This document shows, piece by piece, positions 60,295-64,000 of a stretch of 64,000 bases of DNA. The stretch comes from an uncultured Acidobacteriota bacterium. GTDB lineage: Bacteria; Acidobacteriota; Terriglobia; Acidiferrales; UBA7541. The notes under the pieces were generated by a model. The model searched no databases. It saw only the letters and a program-made list of their open reading frames with translations, and had not been told where the DNA came from. Within the stretch, counting starts at the first letter, position 1, and each line of letters begins with the position of its first letter. The stretch covers positions 3,044-67,043 of the forward strand of contig CAVTRV010000009.1 of assembly GCA_963737205.1 (NCBI GenBank), given 5' to 3'. Both the position numbers and the translations under genes were made by a program.

Positions 60295-60549
60295 ATGGCT
60301 CTGGTGCCGATCAAGACAGCGTCAACGACGGGCTACTGCGATTGCATTTGCGGCTGCTACGAATTGGCGAGCCAGCGCGACGAAGATACCGGAAAAGGCT
60401 ACTGCCCGCGATGCGCGAAAGAGCATCTGGAATTGAATCGCGGCATCGGCTTGCCGCAGTTGCCGCCGTCGAGGCTCCCCGACAGCGAAGGTCCTGCGCT
60501 TGACCTTCACACTCCCGAACCCGCCGATCCCCCCGGCCGCTTGCGCTGA
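60295..60549 (+). CDS. small Cys-rich hypothetical protein
   Basis: ATG 60295 after GGAGGG. TGYCDCICGCYE...GYCPRCAKEH has six Cys. Pro-rich tail. Confidence 0.4.
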   Translation: MALVPIKTASTTGYCDCICGCYELASQRDEDTGKGYCPRCAKEHLELNRGIGLPQLPPSRLPDSEGPALDLHTPEPADPPGRLR

Positions 60550-60654
60550 CGTATCGTCCCTTCACGCCGGAGCCCCGGAACCTTTCCGCATAGTTTTCCG
60601 CTGGACGGGCGCTTATAATCGCGTTGGGCTTTACTAACCCAAAACGGAGGAAGC

Positions 60655-61230
60655 ATGAAGCGCAGCGTCATGGCATTGACTGGCTTGCTTCTGCTGCTGC
60701 TCGCGGGATGGTTCCCCGCTGCGGCGCAGGACGACGCCATGGCCACGACAACCTTGAAGGTGGGCGATGTCGCGCCGGATTTCAGTTTGCCGAGCGATCA
60801 ACCAAAGCCGGTGAAGCTGAGCGACTATCGTGGAAAGAAGACTGTAATCCTCGCCTTCTACGTCCTGGCTTTCACAGGTGGTTGAACGAAGGAACTACAG
60901 GCCTATCAGGCTGATCTGGCCAAACTCGAAGCAAACGACACCGAAGTTCTCGGAATCAGCATCGACAGTCCCCCCGCCAACGCAGCATTCGCGAAACAAA
61001 TCGGCGTCACGTTCCCGCTCCTAAGCGACATGAATCACAAGGTCCTCACTGCTTACGGGATTCTGAAAAAGTATCCCATGGGCGGAGATGAGTACGAGTG
61101 GGCACGGCGCACGACGTTCGTGGTGGACAAAGACGGAAAGATTCAGCACATCGAATTCGACAACAGCGCCGTGAATCCCAACAACGCCCTCGACGTCTGC
61201 CTGAAGCTCCACGACAAAGCAACACCATAG
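60655..61230 (+). CDS. signal-peptide peroxiredoxin (AhpC/TSA, AhpE-like) with in-frame TGA at the peroxidatic Cys position; candidate selenoprotein
   Basis: ORFs 60655..60885 and 61030..61230 share one frame, and the only stop between them is TGA 60883-60885. Read-through gives ...VILAFYVLAFTGG[U]TKELQAYQADL...VLGISIDSPPANAAFAKQIGVTFPLLSD.... RBS GGAGG, TATAAT at 60614-60619, and its own terminator. Confidence 0.65.
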
Positions 61231-61257
61231 CCAGCAATCCGCGCGTAGCAGATCACC

Positions 61258-61290
61258 GGGGCGGGATCACTCCCGCCCCTTTTTCTTGCT
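61258..61290 (+). terminator. intrinsic terminator of the peroxiredoxin gene
   Basis: GGGGCGGGA-TCAC-TCCCGCCCC followed by TTTTTCTTGCTT. Confidence 0.85.
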
Positions 61291-61430
61291 TGGTTGGGTT
61301 TCACGCCTACGCAACCCAGGCTTCCGTTGAAATGCACGGCCGCGTGGACGTTTCTCGCCGGACGATGGTAAGCTTCCGGCCTCAATCTTGGCACGCGAGG
61401 CGAGCGCGTTATCTCGAAGAGTGAGATTCC

Positions 61431-62561
61431 GTGCGCCCTCCAGGACGACATTCGATGAACCCCGATCCGAAGAGCGTTCGCAATGCCCCCGAGGGCTTGC
61501 GGACGCTTGCGCAGCCGGTGTCCGCACTGATCACTCGCGCCGCAATATTCCTGGTGGTCACTCTGAAACCGGGGTCAGAAAGTCGCGCGGCGGTTCGGTC
61601 GTTGTGCGGGGACCTCGCGGCGCTGTTGCGCTCGGTGGGATTTCGCGATCTCGAAGGAGCCCTTTCCTGCATCATGGGATTTGGCTCTGACGCGTGGGAC
61701 CGCCTCTTTGGGCCGCCCCGGCCGGCGGAGCTTCATCCGTTCCGCGAGTTTCGTGCCGGAACGCGCCACGCGGTGTCCACACCGGGCGACTTGCTATTTC
61801 ACATCCGCGCCAAGCGCATGGATTTGTGCTTCGAGCTTGAGACGCAAATCATGGAGCGCATCGAAGATGCCGTCACGCCGGTGGATGAAGTGCACGGCTT
61901 CCGTTTCTTTGACGACCGCGACCTCATCGGTTTCGTCGACGGGACGGAGAATCCGACGGGCGAAGCAGCGGTAGACGCCGTGCTGATCGGCGAGGAGGAC
62001 GCCGCGTTCACCGGCGGCAGCTATGTGATCGTGCAGAAGTATCTCCACGACATGGAAGGTTGGAACGCGCTCCCCACCGAAGCTCAGGAACGAATCATCG
62101 GCCGCAAGAAGCTCTCCGACATCGAACTCGATGATTCCGTCAAGCCAACCTCGGCGCACAACGCGCTCACGACGATCGTCGAGAATGGGAAAGAGGTGAA
62201 AATCCTGCGCGACAACATGCCCTTCGGCCGGCCCGCGCACGGTGAATTTGGCACCTATTTCATCGGCTACAGCCGTTCGCCCCGCACCACCGAGCAGATG
62301 ATCGAAAACATGTTCGTGGGGCGTCCGCCCGGCAATTACGACCGGCTGCTCGACTTCAGTCGCGCCGTCACGGGAACCCTGTTCTTCGTGCCGTCCGCCA
62401 CGTTTCTGGACGGCGTGGCCGATGACGAGCCACCATCCGAGGCGACGTCGGTCACGACGCCGGCTGCCGCACCTCCCGCCGAGCTTTCGTCATCCAACCA
62501 GTCGCAGAGCGACGGCTCGCTAGGTATCGGTTCCCTCAAAGGAGACACCTCACATGAATAA
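61431..62561 (+). CDS. DyP-type peroxidase with C-terminal encapsulin targeting peptide
   Basis: FGSDAWDRLFG...LLFHIRAKRMDLCFE...GFVDGTENP... (DyP). Long Pro/Ser/Ala linker ending in SDGSLGIGSLKG (cargo-loading motif). Start may be ATG 61455. Confidence 0.85.
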   Translation: MRPPGRHSMNPDPKSVRNAPEGLRTLAQPVSALITRAAIFLVVTLKPGSESRAAVRSLCGDLAALLRSVGFRDLEGALSCIMGFGSDAWDRLFGPPRPAELHPFREFRAGTRHAVSTPGDLLFHIRAKRMDLCFELETQIMERIEDAVTPVDEVHGFRFFDDRDLIGFVDGTENPTGEAAVDAVLIGEEDAAFTGGSYVIVQKYLHDMEGWNALPTEAQERIIGRKKLSDIELDDSVKPTSAHNALTTIVENGKEVKILRDNMPFGRPAHGEFGTYFIGYSRSPRTTEQMIENMFVGRPPGNYDRLLDFSRAVTGTLFFVPSATFLDGVADDEPPSEATSVTTPAAAPPAELSSSNQSQSDGSLGIGSLKGDTSHE

Positions 62562-63372
62562 TCTACATCGCGAGCTGGCCCCCATTTCCGATGCGGCGTG
62601 GGCTCAAATTGAAGAGGAAACTTCGCGCACCTTCAAACGATACCTGGCCGGGCGGCGCGTCGTCGACGTGCACCCGCCGGTGGGCACGAGTCTTTCCGCC
62701 GTCGGCACCGGCCACCTGAAGACGATCGCGGCTCCCCGGGACGGCATCCTCGCCCGGCAGCGCGAGGTGAATGCGCTGGTGGAGCTGCGTTTTCCGTTCG
62801 AGCTCGATCGCCATGACATCGACGACGTCGAACGCGGCGCGAACGACTCGAACTGGCAGCCGGCGAAGGACGCTGCGCGCCAAATCGCGTTTGCCGAAGA
62901 CGGCGCCATCTTCGAGGGCTACGCCGCAGCAGGCATCGGCGGCGTCCGCCAGGGAACCAGCAATCCGAAGGTGACGCTTCCTGCCGATGTGCGCGAGTAT
63001 CCGCAAGCCATTGCCCAGGGCTTGAGTCAGTTGCGCCTGGTAGGCGTCAACGGCCCCTACTCGGTGCTGCTCGGCGCCGACGCCTACACCGCGCTCGCCG
63101 AAACCAGCGACCACGGATACCCGGTGCTCGAGCACGTCAAGCGGCTGAGCATCGATAAAATCATCTGGGCGCCCGCCATCGCCGGGGCCTTCGTGATCAC
63201 CACTCGCGGCGGCGATTTCGATCTTCATATCGGCCAGGACGTCTCCATCGGCTATCTCAGCCACACCGATAAAACCGTCCGGCTGTATTTGCAGGAGACG
63301 TTTACGTTCCTGTATCTCACCGCCGAGGCTGCAGTCGCATTTGCCCCTTATGGGAAAGCGCAGAAGAAGTGA
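62554..63372 (+). CDS. family 1 encapsulin (linocin M18-like) shell protein
   Basis: MNNLHRELAPISDAAWAQIEEE...RRVVDV...ELRFPFELDRHDIDDVERGANDSNWQPAKDAARQIAFAEDGAIF. 8-nt overlap with the DyP stop. Confidence 0.9.
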   Translation: MNNLHRELAPISDAAWAQIEEETSRTFKRYLAGRRVVDVHPPVGTSLSAVGTGHLKTIAAPRDGILARQREVNALVELRFPFELDRHDIDDVERGANDSNWQPAKDAARQIAFAEDGAIFEGYAAAGIGGVRQGTSNPKVTLPADVREYPQAIAQGLSQLRLVGVNGPYSVLLGADAYTALAETSDHGYPVLEHVKRLSIDKIIWAPAIAGAFVITTRGGDFDLHIGQDVSIGYLSHTDKTVRLYLQETFTFLYLTAEAAVAFAPYGKAQKK

Positions 63373-63416
63373 CGGGGCGCGCCGTTCGATAACGTCAACC
63401 TGCATGAAGCACTACG

Positions 63417-63665
63417 CTAGCGGGAAGTGTTGCGGCGGTTGAAGATCAGTACGAAGATGCCGACGAAGAGGCTCAACGTAGGAAACAGAAGAATCAGGAT
63501 GCCGTGGCGCAAAGCTTCGCGGCCCTGCGGCCCGGATGCGGCGGCGTTCTGGTAGCACATCGCGCAACCCTGCGCGGCCGCGTGCGGCGCGCAAACCGCG
63601 AATAGTGCGAGGCAGGCAGCCAACATCGCCGCCGCTCGAAACACGAAGTTAAACCTCGCTTTCAA
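63417..63665 (-). CDS. small membrane protein with CxxC motif
   Basis: Signal-like MLAACLALFAVCAPHAAA, then QGCAMCYQN and a C-terminal TM segment. Lies directly downstream of the oxidase subunit IV-like gene. Confidence 0.45.
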   Translation of the reverse strand: MKARFNFVFRAAAMLAACLALFAVCAPHAAAQGCAMCYQNAAASGPQGREALRHGILILLFPTLSLFVGIFVLIFNRRNTSR

Positions 63666-63684
63666 TCCGCGCCTCTCCGGTCGC

Positions 63685-64000
63685 TCATTGCGGCCGCATG
63701 TGCAGCAGCCGGACGCTGTCCGGGAAGAACATGATCAGCATCATGCAAATGCAGAATACCATGGCCGGCACCAGCAGCAGAAAGAGCCCCAGCCGCTCGA
63801 ATCGCAAGTGCATGAAGTACGAGACGATCAGCGCCGCCTTGATCAGCGACAGTCCTACCAGGATCGTCAGCATCAGCACCGGAGCGAGCCTCAAATACGC
63901 GAGGAACACTTCCACTCCCGTCAGCGCCAACAACCACACCCACACGATGACAAACGCTTTGTGGTGTCCTACATCGTGACTTTCCGCGGCTGCGGCATGC
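63685..64000 (-). CDS. cytochrome c oxidase subunit IV-like (COX4_pro) membrane protein, 5' end probably outside the window
   Basis: ...ESHDVGHHKAFVIVWVWLLALTGVEVFLAY...IKAALIVSYFMHLRFE. The frame stays open to the window edge. Confidence 0.65.
   Translation of the reverse strand, partial: HAAAAESHDVGHHKAFVIVWVWLLALTGVEVFLAYLRLAPVLMLTILVGLSLIKAALIVSYFMHLRFERLGLFLLLVPAMVFCICMMLIMFFPDSVRLLHMRPQ

Noticed and set aside
60655-61230. Treating 60655..60885 and 61030..61230 as two independent small genes.
   Set aside because: They share a frame, and together they reconstruct one peroxiredoxin fold. The second lacks its own RBS or start context, and the region between them (60886..61029) encodes conserved Prx sequence. 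A simple nonsense-mutation pseudogene remains a live alternative to selenocysteine.

Overview
GC-rich chromosomal segment. Gene content suggests an Acidobacteriota (Terriglobia-like) soil bacterium; this is inference from TPR and beta-propeller Ser/Thr kinases, TIGR03118- and DUF2911-type proteins, and several intergenic repeat families. I saw no rRNA, tRNA, CRISPR array, integrase or transposase. The window is dominated by signal transduction: three two-component pairs plus an orphan REC protein and an HD-GYP regulator, three membrane Ser/Thr kinases (two are tandem paralogs), two ECF sigma factors, a MarR regulator, and a zinc-finger/PP2C phosphatase fusion. Other content: secreted hydrolases, a fluoride riboswitch-crcB-DUF190 unit, RES-Xre and VapBC toxin-antitoxin pairs, a DEAD-box/DUF1998 helicase with an RNase-H-like exonuclease (MrfAB-like), and a DyP peroxidase-encapsulin operon. 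Most notable observations: (1) a signal-peptide peroxiredoxin whose only in-frame stop is a TGA exactly at the peroxidatic Cys position, so a candidate selenoprotein, next to the encapsulin operon. (2) About 17-18 single-base frameshifts confined to one MFP-RND-OMF efflux operon, the helicase and a VapC gene, while roughly 30 kb of other long genes are intact. (3) A 63-nt intergenic element present twice (49/63 identical, ungapped) upstream of the ECF sigma operon and the efflux operon, with weaker look-alikes upstream of neighbouring operons. (4) Mosaic near-identity between the tandem kinases, suggesting gene conversion. All functional calls come from motif recognition by eye; no database search was run.
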